Shown here: piece after piece, positions 28,163-40,916 of the stretch
How the letters are laid out: each line of letters opens with the position of its first letter
How positions within the stretch are numbered: position 1 is the stretch's first letter
NCBI GenBank assembly: GCA_951406725.2
Contig: OX597832.1
Location: forward strand, 18,786,001 to 18,850,000
Source of the DNA: Octopus vulgaris
Lineage: Eukaryota
Direction: 5' to 3'
DNA length: 64,000 nucleotides
Notes under the pieces: model-generated
Databases searched by the model: none
The model's input: only the letters and a program-made list of their open reading frames with translations
Told to the model about the DNA's origin: nothing
Made by a program: the position numbers and the translations under genes

Positions 28163-29059
28163 CATATGATTCAAAGTTTAACGACTCTTGAAAGAATATT
28201 TCGCTGAAAACGTGTGAGTGCCGAAAATAAAAGCGCAGTGATTGCCATGTTTGTTAAAATTCACCATTAAGGATTAGAGTTTTTGTTAGAGTAGCTTTAA
28301 GTAGATTTTCTGGCAATGTTTCGATCACAGACATAATCAAGGGAGAAAATATCTAGCCCTGTATTCATTTACAATTGCTGTGTCATGATTTTAAATAGTA
28401 ACAATTGAAATACCATTTAGTCTCTGAATGAAGCGAATGGTAATGAAAAAGAGCGGACAATAGTTAAATGAATTTACCAATTTTTCATGCATCACAATCA
28501 AAGCGGAAAAGATAGCAATCTCTTCCAACTATTTCGTAAACGAAAGACTCTGAAGTTGCCTTAATAAATTAGAGATTTTGTCTGGAATCAAAATATTAAA
28601 TCTTTTAATCAGTGTTCATAAGCAGTAATATGCTTGTTACTGTTTAGTTTGAGATCAATACTAAACGAGTAGACATGTGATTAAAGGGATTTGAATCGAG
28701 GTCAAACCATGTTGAATTAATAATATTTTTCAACCATTCTATATTTGAGATAGTAGAATGTGATTTGAAGGGAGATTTGACTGCCACTTCTTGCAGGCAG
28801 GACAACGACGTAAAGCCAAATCTGTTCGTATATATTATCATGACCTTTAATCATTTACTCTGTCTACATAGGTTTCAAAGTTGGAATATTTGAGTTACTC
28901 AGACAGTATAACAGTTGGTGGTTAACTCAGTGACATTTCTAAATTATGATAAAATGCTGTGCCAGCTCCTATTTTCGTTATGTACACGGAATCCTTCATG
29001 AGGAGTCGGATTCCATGTACATGCCGAACATATGAGCTGGCACGGCATGGCGTCACGGT

Positions 29060-29416
29060 AGTGAAGGCACAATGGCTCAGAAATTAGAGCGTCAGAATTA
29101 CAATCATGTGGTAGTGAGTTCGATTCCCGGACCGGGTTATATATTGTGTTCTTGAGCAAGACTCTCTATTTCACGTTGCTCCGTTTCATTCAGCTGTAGA
29201 AATGAGTTGCAATGTCACTGGTGCCAGTCTGTATCAGTATTTTGCCATTCCCTTGGATAACATCGGTGGCGTGAAAAGGGGAGGCTAGTGTGTATGGGCG
29301 ACTGCTGGTTTTCTATAAACAACCTTGTCCGGACTTGTGCCTGGGGGGGGTAAGGTTTTTGTTGAAATTCAATGGTCATCCATGACCGAAGGCGGTGGTG
29401 GGGTCTTTACACTTTT
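29060..29416 (+). mobile_element. SINE family D (tRNA head + CORE-like body + tail type 3)
   Basis: B box 'gagttcgattcccggaccggg' and CORE-like 'ttgtgttcttgagcaaga.tctctatttcacgttgctcc...cagctgtagaaatgag' shared with family C, followed by an unrelated 3' part. Confidence 0.75.
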
Positions 29417-29502
29417 CCATTCAGGGAATCGAGGAGCAGATCATGCATCGTGTTCTTGTCTAAAATGTTATACTGTGATGTAAGGGAAACTTGAGCTTTA
29501 TT

Positions 29503-29908
29503 GCGTTGAGTGGCTGTGTGGTAAGCTTGCTAACCAACCACATGGTTCCGGGTTCAGTCCCACTGCGTGGCATCTTGGGCAAGTATTTTCTGCTATAGCC
29601 CCGGGCCGAATAATGCCTTGTGAGTGGATTTCGTAGACGGAAACTGAAAGAAGCCAGTCGTATATATGTATGTATATATATATGTGTGTGTGTGTGTGTT
29701 TGTGTGTTTGTGTTTGTCCCCCTAGCTTTGCTTGACAACCGATGCTGGTGTATTTATGTCCCCGTCACTTAGCGGTTCGGCAAAAAGAGACCGATAGAAT
29801 AAGTACTGGGCTTACAAAGAATAAGTCCCGGGGTCGATTTGCTCGACTAAAGGCGGTGCTCCAGCATGGCTGCAGTCAAATGACTGAAACAAGTTAAAAA
29901 GTAAAGAG
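29503..29908 (+). mobile_element. SINE family A, full length and well preserved
   Basis: Head 'gagtggctgtgtggtaag...ccgggttcagtcccactgcgtggc', CORE-like segment, short internal (TA)(TG) tract and complete 3' part. Confidence 0.92.
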
Positions 29909-30094
29909 ATATTAAATAAACACATACAGCAACCATTTAGAGACTAAAGATGAATCTCATTTGCATATCATAATAACTCTGGATCATTATTTTAGCAAAG
30001 ATCATTATATTAGAAGCAGTCGAACGTTGACTCATGTTCCTTATACCTACGACATTTACGGCAAATAATAATAAGCAAGTATTTACAATGGGCC

Positions 30095-30395
30095 GGAGGC
30101 ACATAGCCTAGTGATTAGAGCAGCGGAATCGCTGTCGAGGGACCGCGGGTTCGAATCTCAGACCGGGCGATGTGTGTTTATATGAATGAAACACCTAAGC
30201 TCCACGTGGCCCCGGGAAAAGGTAATGGCAAACTTCTGCTGACTTTTTCGCCACAACTTTCTCTCACTCTTTCCTCCTGCATCTTGCAACTCACCTGCAA
30301 CGGACCGCCGTCCCGTCCAGGTGAGGAACCTATACGCCAAGGAAACCGAGAAACTGACCCTATCAGCCAGGCGTGACTCGAGAAGGAAAAGACAC
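30095..30395 (+). mobile_element. SINE family B-related diverged subfamily
   Basis: 'ggaggcacatagcctagtgattagagcagcgga...gggttcgaatctcagaccgggcg...cgccacaactttctctcactctt', with a tail related to but diverged from tail type 1. Confidence 0.8.
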
Positions 30396-30573
30396 ATTTA
30401 CAATGGGCATTGGTGCTATTAATTTCATATTTAGCCAATACACGGTGATCACTTATAAGCTTATTATTGTTATTTACAGAATAGTCACTCCTCACCGCCT
30501 CTCCGTTTAAAACAGAAAATTCTTATATGTATATATATAGTTGTGTGTGTACATATATGTATATACATATATA

Positions 30574-30632
<59 letters not shown>

Positions 30633-30895
30633 TATACATATATTTATATATATGTTTGTGTGTAGTTGTATGCATATCAGTATATATATATTTTTTTTTC
30701 GATTAAATTTAATTGTAATTCGAATTATCGCCATGAAACGTACGTAGTTTTTTTTACATATTATATATTGTTTATTAATTTTTTTGTACTTTTTGTGATC
30801 TAGTAATACGTTCTATAATATATTTTATTTTTTCTTTATGATTTGGTTTATGTCTGTCATTGTTTGAATTACATAACAGTGTTTTTTCTCTAATT

Positions 30896-30967
<72 letters not shown>

Positions 30968-31941
30968 AAAATAATCACTACTATAATAGTGTAGCATGAA
31001 GTAACCCATAACTGCAAGGAATTGCTGTTAAAATTTGAGCACTACTTCGGTCATATGTCTCCCCAATCACGATTGGTATCTTGTTACATAACAATAAACT
31101 AATTAACGTCAAGCAAATAAGGTCACTTATATATTTCAGTATGGTCTAATAGATATACGCGAAAGATATGACCGAAATGATTAATCATACGAAGTAAAGT
31201 ACACCTTGAAAAAAACAGTCCCAGATAAATATAACGTGCTATCGGATGTTAAGTAAAGACACATTGGTCACGATAGGAATGTCTTTCATCATACGTCTGT
31301 CAGTTGGGCATGATCAGTGTCGAGCTGAGAATAAACAGCAACAGAGACACAGCTAATAATATTACAAGTTTGACGTTTCTCGTTTCTGCCCGCTTCAATG
31401 AAGATCACGCTGAGAAAAAAGGAGTAATATCTTCTTTTACATAGACATACATATTAGGGTTATATATTATTTTACTAATTGTCCCCTTCAATAGACACAA
31501 ACACACATACGTATATAATTATATATAGATACGTAAATGTCGAACGATGGAAACACATGCTCAAAACCGCATTGGTGGATATAATTTCTCTATTTGTGAA
31601 TTAAGGCTACACTTGGTTTCATGTTTTAAAACTGTAGGAAAATATCCTTGTGTCTTAATAATTATTCAAGCCGATCATATGGAAAAATGGGATTAGTTCC
31701 ATTTTGGAGAACAGTCTCGCTTCGTACACGGGGTTTCTCGTTATTTCGTAAAAATAAAACAATGAATCAATGAATCAAGGGAGGTTAGTCTTGAGTGGCA
31801 TTTTTTGGATGTTTGTTTCCCTTGACTTTGTCTTTTGGGCAAATTTATTTATGATGAATTTGTTTTAAATTTTTGCATTATTTTCTTTTTATTCTGTATT
31901 CTGGTATGGTGTTCTTATACTTGTATATATACTTATAAATA

Positions 31942-32140
31942 TGAGAGTTTTCGAAAAAAAAACAAAAGACGAAGACAGGTGGTGTACAAAACAAACAGAT
32001 GTATTAGTATAACGCTCAGGAATAGAAAAAGTATTTTACGTTTCGAGCCTACGCTCTTCTACAGAAAGGGAAACAAAAAAAACAAGGAGAGAAACAAGGA
32101 GAGAAAAAATGTGTGTAGTGGCTAACGATCTATCATGGCG
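31942..32140 (-). mobile_element. Short repeat with a minimal hammerhead-ribozyme motif (Penelope-like, non-autonomous); copy 1
   Basis: Reverse complement of the 43160-43350 copy. The minus strand at about 32033-32068 reads cttt-CTGTAGA-a-gagc-gtag-gctc-GAAA-cg-TA-aaa. Confidence 0.7.
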
Positions 32141-32732
32141 ACTGACTCGGACAGAAGTGTCACACACGAGAAGGAAAGTAGGGGAGATAACAAAGTAAAG
32201 ATGACGTTCAACACGAAGATGCGTGTGTGTATAAGAGAGTATGTATGTGCGTGTGAAAGAGCGCTGGTGGTCGGCACGTGTTCGTGTATGTATGTGTAGG
32301 TGTGAAAATGTGGGGATTGTGTGTGGGTGGTGATATTGCTACCAAGAATCAGTTACTTTAACAGAACCTACGCATGTAAATTAGATGCCAACTAAGAAAT
32401 ATAAATATTGTCCATTTTACAGAAGTTTCTTCAATGTAATTTTTCAATTATGAATATTTAATAAAATTAAACATTTGTATTGAAAATATTAATAAATCGA
32501 ATATACACTAATACTTTACTTGTTTGTGTGTTTATTTTATCAATGAGATACCGCTGAATTAGTCAGCTGTCAGATGAGGAATAGCGTTCAAGTGTGAGTG
32601 GAAATGAGAATGCAAAGGAAAGTTAGGGTCATGAGGAGTTTCGAAACGTTCATTTTAGTTTAAATTAGTATATTACATGGTATTGAAAGCATTTTCGAAA
32701 ACACACAACTTATTCATACGTACATACATACA

Positions 32733-32854
<122 letters not shown>

Positions 32855-32951
32855 CGCTTAGCCAGCCATACGCAAGCATATATATATATGTATATATATG
32901 TGTGTGTGTGTGTGTGTATGCGTGTCTGTGTGTCTGTATATATAAACATAC

Positions 32952-32984
<33 letters not shown>

Positions 32985-33494
32985 CACATATAGATAGATA
33001 GATAGATATAGATATATACATGTACACTTACATGTATGCGAGTATGTGCTTGTATGTGAGTTTGTGTTTGTGTGTGCTTGTGTGTGTGTTTGTGTTTGTG
33101 TGTGTATGTGTAATACGTGGGATACGAGTTAATATTTTCGAAATCAAGAACAATATTTAGTGTTTAATTATATTTCAACGGATGTGATATTTTCTGTAAC
33201 TAATAAATCTGTCATACTTTTTGAAGGCATTACTAAGCTAATATTACAATTTTACATAATTTGGATATTATATGCTATACGTTATTTAGGAAAATGCAGT
33301 AACATGCTGCGTCGTGCGGTTCAAGAAACTTACTTCTGATGAAGTCGTTGATATCACATTTAATTTTAAATGCTTATTCTTAAGAATAATTACAAATACC
33401 GAAAATGCATATTATCGAGTTGTTATTGGTATCCTTTTGTCTCGGGAGACAATGGAGTTGCGCATAAACTAATCGAGTCTGGTTTTTACATTTC

Positions 33495-33670
33495 ATGTCC
33501 TTCCAGTTTCCTCTACAGTTCTGCGCAGGCCTGGGCTAGATGTAAGAAAATCCTGGGTAGCCCAATCGTCAGGATTTGCTCTCTCGACCTTGCTGACGTA
33601 GTCCAAAGGAGTGCAGAGGATTACGTTTGGCACCAGCTTGGTTGCAAGAGCTGCCGGAAGAGTGTTGAGT
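33495..33670 (+). mobile_element. Possible RTE-clade LINE 5'-region fragment fused to a SINE
   Basis: 'gctgacgtagtccaaaggagtgcagaggattacgtttggcaccagcttggttgcaagagctgccggaa' resembles RTE/BovB-like 5' sequence as I recall it; not verified. Confidence 0.4.
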
Positions 33671-33681
33671 CGAATGGAATG

Positions 33682-34060
33682 GTACCTTGGGCAAGTGTCT
33701 TCTACTATAGCCTGGGGCTGACCAAAGCCTTGTGAGAGGATTTGGTACATGGAAACTGAAAGAAACCCATCGTATATATATATATGTGTGTGTATGTGCG
33801 AGTATGTTTGTGTGTTTGTGTTTGTCCCTCAACATCGCTTGACAACCGATGCTGGTTTGTTTACGTCCCCGTTAGTTAGCGGTTCGGCAACAGAGACTGA
33901 TAGAATAAGTCAGTACTTATTCTATCGGTCTCTTTATTATTCTATCGGCTTACAAAGAATAAGTCCTGGTGTCGGTTTGCTCGTGTAAAGGCGATGCTCC
34001 AGCATGTCCACAGTCAATTCACTGAAACAAGTAAAAGCGTAAAAGAGTAAAAGAGTAAAG
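33682..34060 (+). mobile_element. SINE family A lacking the tRNA head, with an internal fold-back rearrangement and a (GTAAAAGA)n tail
   Basis: Starts at 'accttgggcaagtgtcttctactatagcc'; inverted duplication at 33892-33948; tail 'gtaaaagcgtaaaagagtaaaagagtaaag'. Confidence 0.9.
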
Positions 34061-34911
34061 AAGAACAACAGAGCAAATAAGACCGAATATTATGTAGTCG
34101 GTATTTTAGAAATTCGCTTATGTCGGTGATGGAAGAGGAAAAACGTTGCACCAGCTAAAGGTCAGTAGTTACTTCAGCTTAGTGGAGAGTTTCAGCCAAA
34201 GTTTAAAACCTTGATCACGTACATAAACTGTAGCCATATCCATGTCATTAGGAATAGAAACTGAATACCATTAACCTGAGGGCTATCGGGCTCTACTTCC
34301 TAAGACGATTGTATATGATTTAATGACGCTACGGCTGTTATATCTACAAGAAAAAGGAACTAAGGAGAATCGACTTTGCCTGCAGCGGGATAAGAAATCG
34401 GGTGGATTAGATTCAAGAGCATCCACTATTTGGATTATAAGGATTAAGTAGGTTATTGTAAACGTTCAGTAATGCATATTCCATAGAAATATAGTTAAAC
34501 TGGGGGAAGGTCAACTAGGTTGTACCCCTCGTTGACCCAGCCACACTTCCAGGTGCATTCGTGTACGCGTAGTCAGAGTTCAGTACAGTCAGCTAACACG
34601 TGTCGCGCCATTTCTGCAATAAACATCTACAAGTTATTTACACTCGCGAGTTGCATGGTACGAGCAATTCTGACACGGCTGTTTGATATATGGGAATATT
34701 TATGCTCATATAGATACATAAATATACATTTCACATATTGATGCGACATTGTACAAATACATAAATATAGATCGGCTTCACCAGTCCTTTCTTTCTTTCT
34801 CTTTTACTCTCCAAAAGTCTATCAATGGCTTGCTTACTCTATCTTTCTCACTGTGTGTATGTATGTATGCTTATGTATATATACATACGCATACATATCA
34901 CTCTTTACATG

Positions 34912-34972
<61 letters not shown>

Positions 34973-35189
34973 TTGTGTATGTGTCTGTGTATGCATACAT
35001 ACACACACTCATATAGGCATATGGAGAGACTTATACGTTCTAACATACACACACATATATATATATACACTTACACGAACTCAACAATACATGTATCCTT
35101 CTATCTATCTATCTATCTATTTATCTATCTATCTACCCATCTGTCTGTTTGTCTCTCTCTATATACATATGTATGAATGTACGTGTATG

Positions 35190-35238
<49 letters not shown>

Positions 35239-35274
35239 AATATATAATATGTATATACATTTATGTGATTGTAT

Positions 35275-35311
<37 letters not shown>

Positions 35312-36931
35312 AATGTATATATGTGTATATATATATATATACATACATACACACAAATATATACACATATGCATACACACAGATACATACACGAGTGTGT
35401 GTGTATATATGTAGGTATGTTTGCATATATTATTTATTTCCGAAAACGTATTTCGTTGTTATACTTCATTTCGATTTAGGTCTTAGCAAGATTTCCTATT
35501 CCCCAGTAAATTTATTGTCTGTTTGAGAACCATAAATTCATTCGAGTTCACCGCAAATTTTTGTTTTTCTTATTGTTTTAAGTTATTGTTTTTTTGGTGT
35601 ACGTATAACCATAAGTGCGCTTGTGAATATACATGTCTGCAAGTATTAGTATATGTGTGTTTGTGTGTATGTGTTTATGTGTTGTATGTGTGAGCTTACT
35701 TAGTACTTTGTTCTTAAGTTTGTGTATCCGAGAAATACAGTGCTTGAGAATAAATTTGTGTATGTGGACGTAAGTAACTATATGCTTGTGCGTTTGTGTA
35801 TATTGTGTCAATTGTCTTTAGTATGATTATGCGTCTAATTCTTATTTCGTGTGTAAGCGCTAATGTGTAGATGTGTATGCAAGCTTACGTGTGTATATCT
35901 TCGTGTTTTTTTTTTGTTCGTGTGTGTGTATGTGTAGATATATTGTATATATGTTGGCATGTAAATGACAGATTTTGTGCTTATGTGTTTGTCTTACTGT
36001 GTGCTTCTCTCTCTCTTCATTCTCTGTAATTTACCCTCTGTCTCTCACTCAACCTCTCTCTATCTCTCTATCTCTCTTTCCCTCTCGCTCTCTCTCTCTC
36101 TCTTTATGTGTGTGTCTGTGTGTCTTTTCGTGAGTGAGTGAGAATGACTTTTGGCAAGCAAATATGCTTCCCTGTTAATTATATGAAGACATATATCTAT
36201 GTGTCACTGCCTGCTTGTTAGTGAAAATATGTATGAAATTATCTATACTTGTGTATATGGAAAAGAACTACGAGTGCGTGTGTTACTGTCCGTGTATATT
36301 TGTGTGTATGTGTGTGTGTGTACGAGTGTGCGTATGTGTATGTGTTGCTGTGTGTGTATACTTGTATGCGAGATATTTGTGCGCGTAAATGTGAATGGAA
36401 TCATGTGGGTGTGTTTGTGCGATTATGAGTATCTGTACGAGGAAGTATATACGTATTCGTAACCGCGTGTGTATAATGGCGAAGGACTGTCTTGTCTTTA
36501 TTTTTTCCGTATGGTATTGTTTGAAAGGACATACGTATATATATATATATATATATATATAAATATAATAACAATTTAATAAATAAAACATATGCATACA
36601 TACATACATATATGTACATACCTACATCTATATGTATATATACATGCATATATGAGTACAGGACACCACAAATAAACGTAGAACACGAGAAATGAAAACA
36701 TAAAATCAAACAAGGAAACGGACCTTTTTTAACAACGAAAAAAAACGAGTACAACACAAACAGTACAAGGAATATTTCCCTTCATCAGCTGCCCCTGTTT
36801 CGACTCAATGCGTGTTTCGAATATATATATATATATACATATATGCATATATATTATTGTGCATATCAGGAGCATGAGTGGGCGAACGCTTGTGTGTTTG
36901 TAATTGTTACACTGTATGTATGTAGAAAAGT

Positions 36932-36979
<48 letters not shown>

Positions 36980-37131
36980 ATATATATATAGATATATATA
37001 TATATATATATATATCTTTATATATGCTTCTCTGCGTGTTTCAGAATGAGTGAGTATGTATGTATTTTTACGCACTTTTTGTGTGCTTATAAGAATATAT
37101 GTTAGCGTATGTGAGCGAAAGAGAGCGAAAG

Positions 37132-37179
<48 letters not shown>

Positions 37180-37974
37180 GTGAGTATCTATATGTGCGTA
37201 TGCCTTCCTGTCACCTATATTGTTTGTGAGACACTTTTACGCTGACGATAATTAATAGTTTCGCACCTGGCCACGATACATACCTCCTTACTAAATACTA
37301 GCAATATGTTACCATATTTATTCTCTAGATCGAGATAGAACTAAAGTCATAATAAAAACAGTTTACTAATTAGCAATTTTAAACACCCGAAAAACTAGAG
37401 GCATATAGCCTGGAATATACGGGCCCAATTTTGTCATAAACACACACACATGCACGCACAGACATGTGTGTGTATACATTCGTGTGTGTGTGTGTGTATA
37501 CAAGCAATCAGGCATACACACACACCAATATGAATGTATCAGAGTCCCCTTCTCCTAGAGACATGATTTCTTTAAAGTTAACGGGTGCCTCAGTTTTAAT
37601 GGTTTTCAGCAATGCCGGAATTTATAAGGGCTCGTACAATTGCTAGATAGTCGTTGAACCTACACTAGGTGAACCGTTCTTTTTACATGGTCTTGTTTTT
37701 TAGTCTTATTGTGTTTCTAGCAACCCTTCTCAGCAGAAGAGCTTAGTGTGATTCCGGTTTAGATACAAGGGAACGGATATTGCAACAGGTTGCCCCGGAT
37801 TCCATGCTGCCGGTAACATGGACAGATAAAATGCAACATTTCAAATTCCACCTTTAAATCTAATTGTATCATGATCTGAAATGTTGAATTTGTTAAATTA
37901 TAATTTTAGGATTAAATAAAAAAGAAGACAAATAGAAAATTTTATACACATACATATATATTTGAAAACAAAAA

Positions 37975-38323
37975 CTTGTAAAATAAACAAACGAACATAT
38001 ACTAAATACGCTGGAGAACAGAAAACACAAAAGCTCACCAGCACCTGATTAGTTATCGGCCAGTGTGTCAAACGCAAGTTCGACAACTATCGATAATATT
38101 ACTTTCACTCTGGCGACACCGGCAAGAAACTTGCCGGGAATTAAACAAAAATAGAACAAAGGGAGAGGGACTCGAGACAAAGCCGTCAGTTGACGGACAA
38201 GGGAGAAGAAAATAAACAGCAGTATGTTTACCCCACTGACCGATAACTGATAAGGAGTTAGTGATCTTGTGTGTTTTCCCTTTGTCTGTGTATTTAGTAT
38301 ATGACCATTTGTTTATTTACTAG
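37975..38323. mobile_element. Fold-back / MITE-like element with ~85-bp imperfect TIRs and three internal hairpins
   Basis: 37981-38065 matches the reverse complement of 38234-38318 (aaataaacaaa...catatactaaatac...gaaaacaca...agttatcgg.cagtg). Internal hairpins at 38066-38085, 38119-38137 and 38183-38196. Confidence 0.75.
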
Positions 38324-38352
38324 ATGCGCTTTTTTAAAAAATTAATTATATA

Positions 38353-38573
38353 CATGTGTGGTGAGTAGCTTGATTGCCAACCACATAGTTTCGGGTTCCG
38401 TCCCACTGCGTGGCATCTTGGGCAAGTGCCATCTACTATAGCCTCAAGCTGACCAAACCTTGTGAGTGGATTTGGCAGACGGAAAACCGAAAGAAACCCG
38501 TCGTGTATATATATATATATATACATACACATATATAAACATATATATATATATACATATACACACACACACT

Positions 38574-38649
<76 letters not shown>

Positions 38650-38680
38650 CATACATATATATATATACATATATATATAC
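38353..38680 (+). mobile_element. SINE family A, 5' half ending in its internal microsatellite
   Basis: Head, CORE-like segment and 'gaaagaaacccgtcgtgtatat...' are present; the 3' half is absent. Confidence 0.85.
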
Positions 38681-40595
38681 ATAAATAGTAGTAACAGAAA
38701 AGAAGGAATTTTGATTATCTCCACGTGGTGAGTTGTAACATATAGAAGAAATTAAAAAGGAAAATACCCACACTTTACATAGTTTTAATATAATTTTTAA
38801 TTTATCTTACTTTTAATATATCGACCGGTTTCGGTTTCGCTATTCATGATATTAACGTTTACTTATTTGAATATGTATTTTCTTAAGAAGAAACTTTTGT
38901 CCATGCTTTGTGCGATGACTTCACAAGTAGAAAAATAAGGGGAGGTAATACTGATCCTTTTGTATTTTCTTTTATCAAAAGCAAGGAACTTTTCAGACCT
39001 CTCCCTTGCACATCTCTCTTTTATTTATTTTAATACTGCGGCTCTTGATACACTGAAGTTAGTTGAAACTTCCGAAAGGAAATTAGGCTGCTATTTCTGC
39101 CATGACGGGTGACCACATGAAATCCTTTCAATTGTTTCTAAATACTTAACAAAATACAACCATGAAGTTGTTATGTAGATTCAAATTATTTTCTTGATTC
39201 TTTGAATAGGTTCAATTGTATTACAGTTAACCACTCATTCATCATGACATCAATGAAACATTTTATATGCCCCCACACCGTTTTGCAGATTGGAAGATAC
39301 ATTCATTTGATACATAATTTTCCTACCTATAGTATTTCCTCAACAACAACAACAAAAACAAATGAAATTCTTTGTTATTTATTTGTATCGTGAAGAAGAT
39401 AACATTTCATTATTTAAATATATGTCATGGTGTGCCGAAGGCTTATAGTTTCAAATTAAAACTTGATGGAGACACAATTATCCTGGCCCTACCTATGTAA
39501 TATGAATATATTTGTCTCACTGTCCCTACCTAATTTTGCTTCCCAGCAAATTTAACTCCATTGTGACAATTAGACTTAGTACATTATATTGCGTTACGAT
39601 TGCTAAAAACATACAAAGATGGTTTAGTTACCATAGACACATCAAACGTTTCATTGCATTAATTTCCGTAGTAGTATACTGAAGCATTCTGCGGACGGAG
39701 GGTATAATAAGGAATTTGAGGAAAAGGGAGTAAAAACGTGTAATCAACCGAACAATATCCTCCCTCATTAGTTTACTGACTGCTACATGAGCCTTGGAGG
39801 GAGAACACTTTGAAGAAAGCCGACAGAATACAAATAACAGCCAAATATATATTAAAAAAAAAATTAAAACTACCAAATGTGTTTAATATTGTTAACCTAT
39901 TTAAATTATGCATCAAAATGATGGGGCTATAAGAACTGAAATTGATTTAATCATAACTCTATTTGATCAGGGCTTACTGAGGGCAAAAATCTGTCCTTGT
40001 AACACTAATAAAAAAAAGTTGTCTCGAGCATACTAGACATACTGTGTTAAGAAAGATGAGCTTAATTAAAATGGCACTAAATAAGAAATGTAAAACCTAT
40101 TTACGAGGTAATTATCGCAGAGAACACACACCGGATTTTAAAATGAATTAATTTTAACACTGTAAAAGTAAGGCAATTTGACGACAAATTTCGCCATATT
40201 AAATATTAAAAATAGGATAAATATGTGCATAAATTTAGCGATAGACATTTCTCAGTATTATTTTGTTTTATCACGTAACAAGTTGTAGTGCCCATTTCTG
40301 GGCACGTTACATTTTCAGGATTGTTTTTAGAACTGAGGGCAAAAACGTTATTCAGCCATTCGTGTACATGTGAGAGATGATATCCAAGCTAGTTTGTAGC
40401 TCATGTTGGTATCACAGTTGTTCTGTATAATTTAATATTCGCTTCTTATTTTCTTGATGTGTCTTTCAGCTTCTTCAAGGCCAGAGACTCTGAACTGGTT
40501 TTACTAGCCAAATATAGGGATTAAACTTTTGCCATGTATCCTCAATTTCATATTGTTTCTCAAAGCTATCTTAGCTGTGCACATCTACTTCGTTA

Positions 40596-40916
40596 TCTAT
40601 ATATAAAGCTGAAGTTGTCAGTGTATGGCAGGTTTGGTAGCCTTCAACTAACACTATCTCCTTCGAGACCCTGCGGCGCAAATTTGACCATGTTAACACC
40701 AAAAATTATTTACATCAAAAAGGTGCTTTTTTCTATGAAAATCCCTATTTTTTACGATCTTTTGACTGCTGTGTCGCCATTTTTCGGTGTATTTCAACCA
40801 GAAAAATGTTCACTTAAAGAGAATAACAGGCTACATAATGCAAAATGTTTACTTTTCAACAATACCAATTCTAAAGGGTCGAAACAAACCCGAGCAATGC
40901 CGGGCGATACTGCTAA
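40596..40916 (+). mobile_element. Non-autonomous Helitron
   Basis: 5' end A|TCTATATATAAA; 3' GC hairpin cccgagcaatgccggg (40889-40904) followed by 'ctgCTAA|t' (degenerate CTAG); inserted between A and T. Confidence 0.75.
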
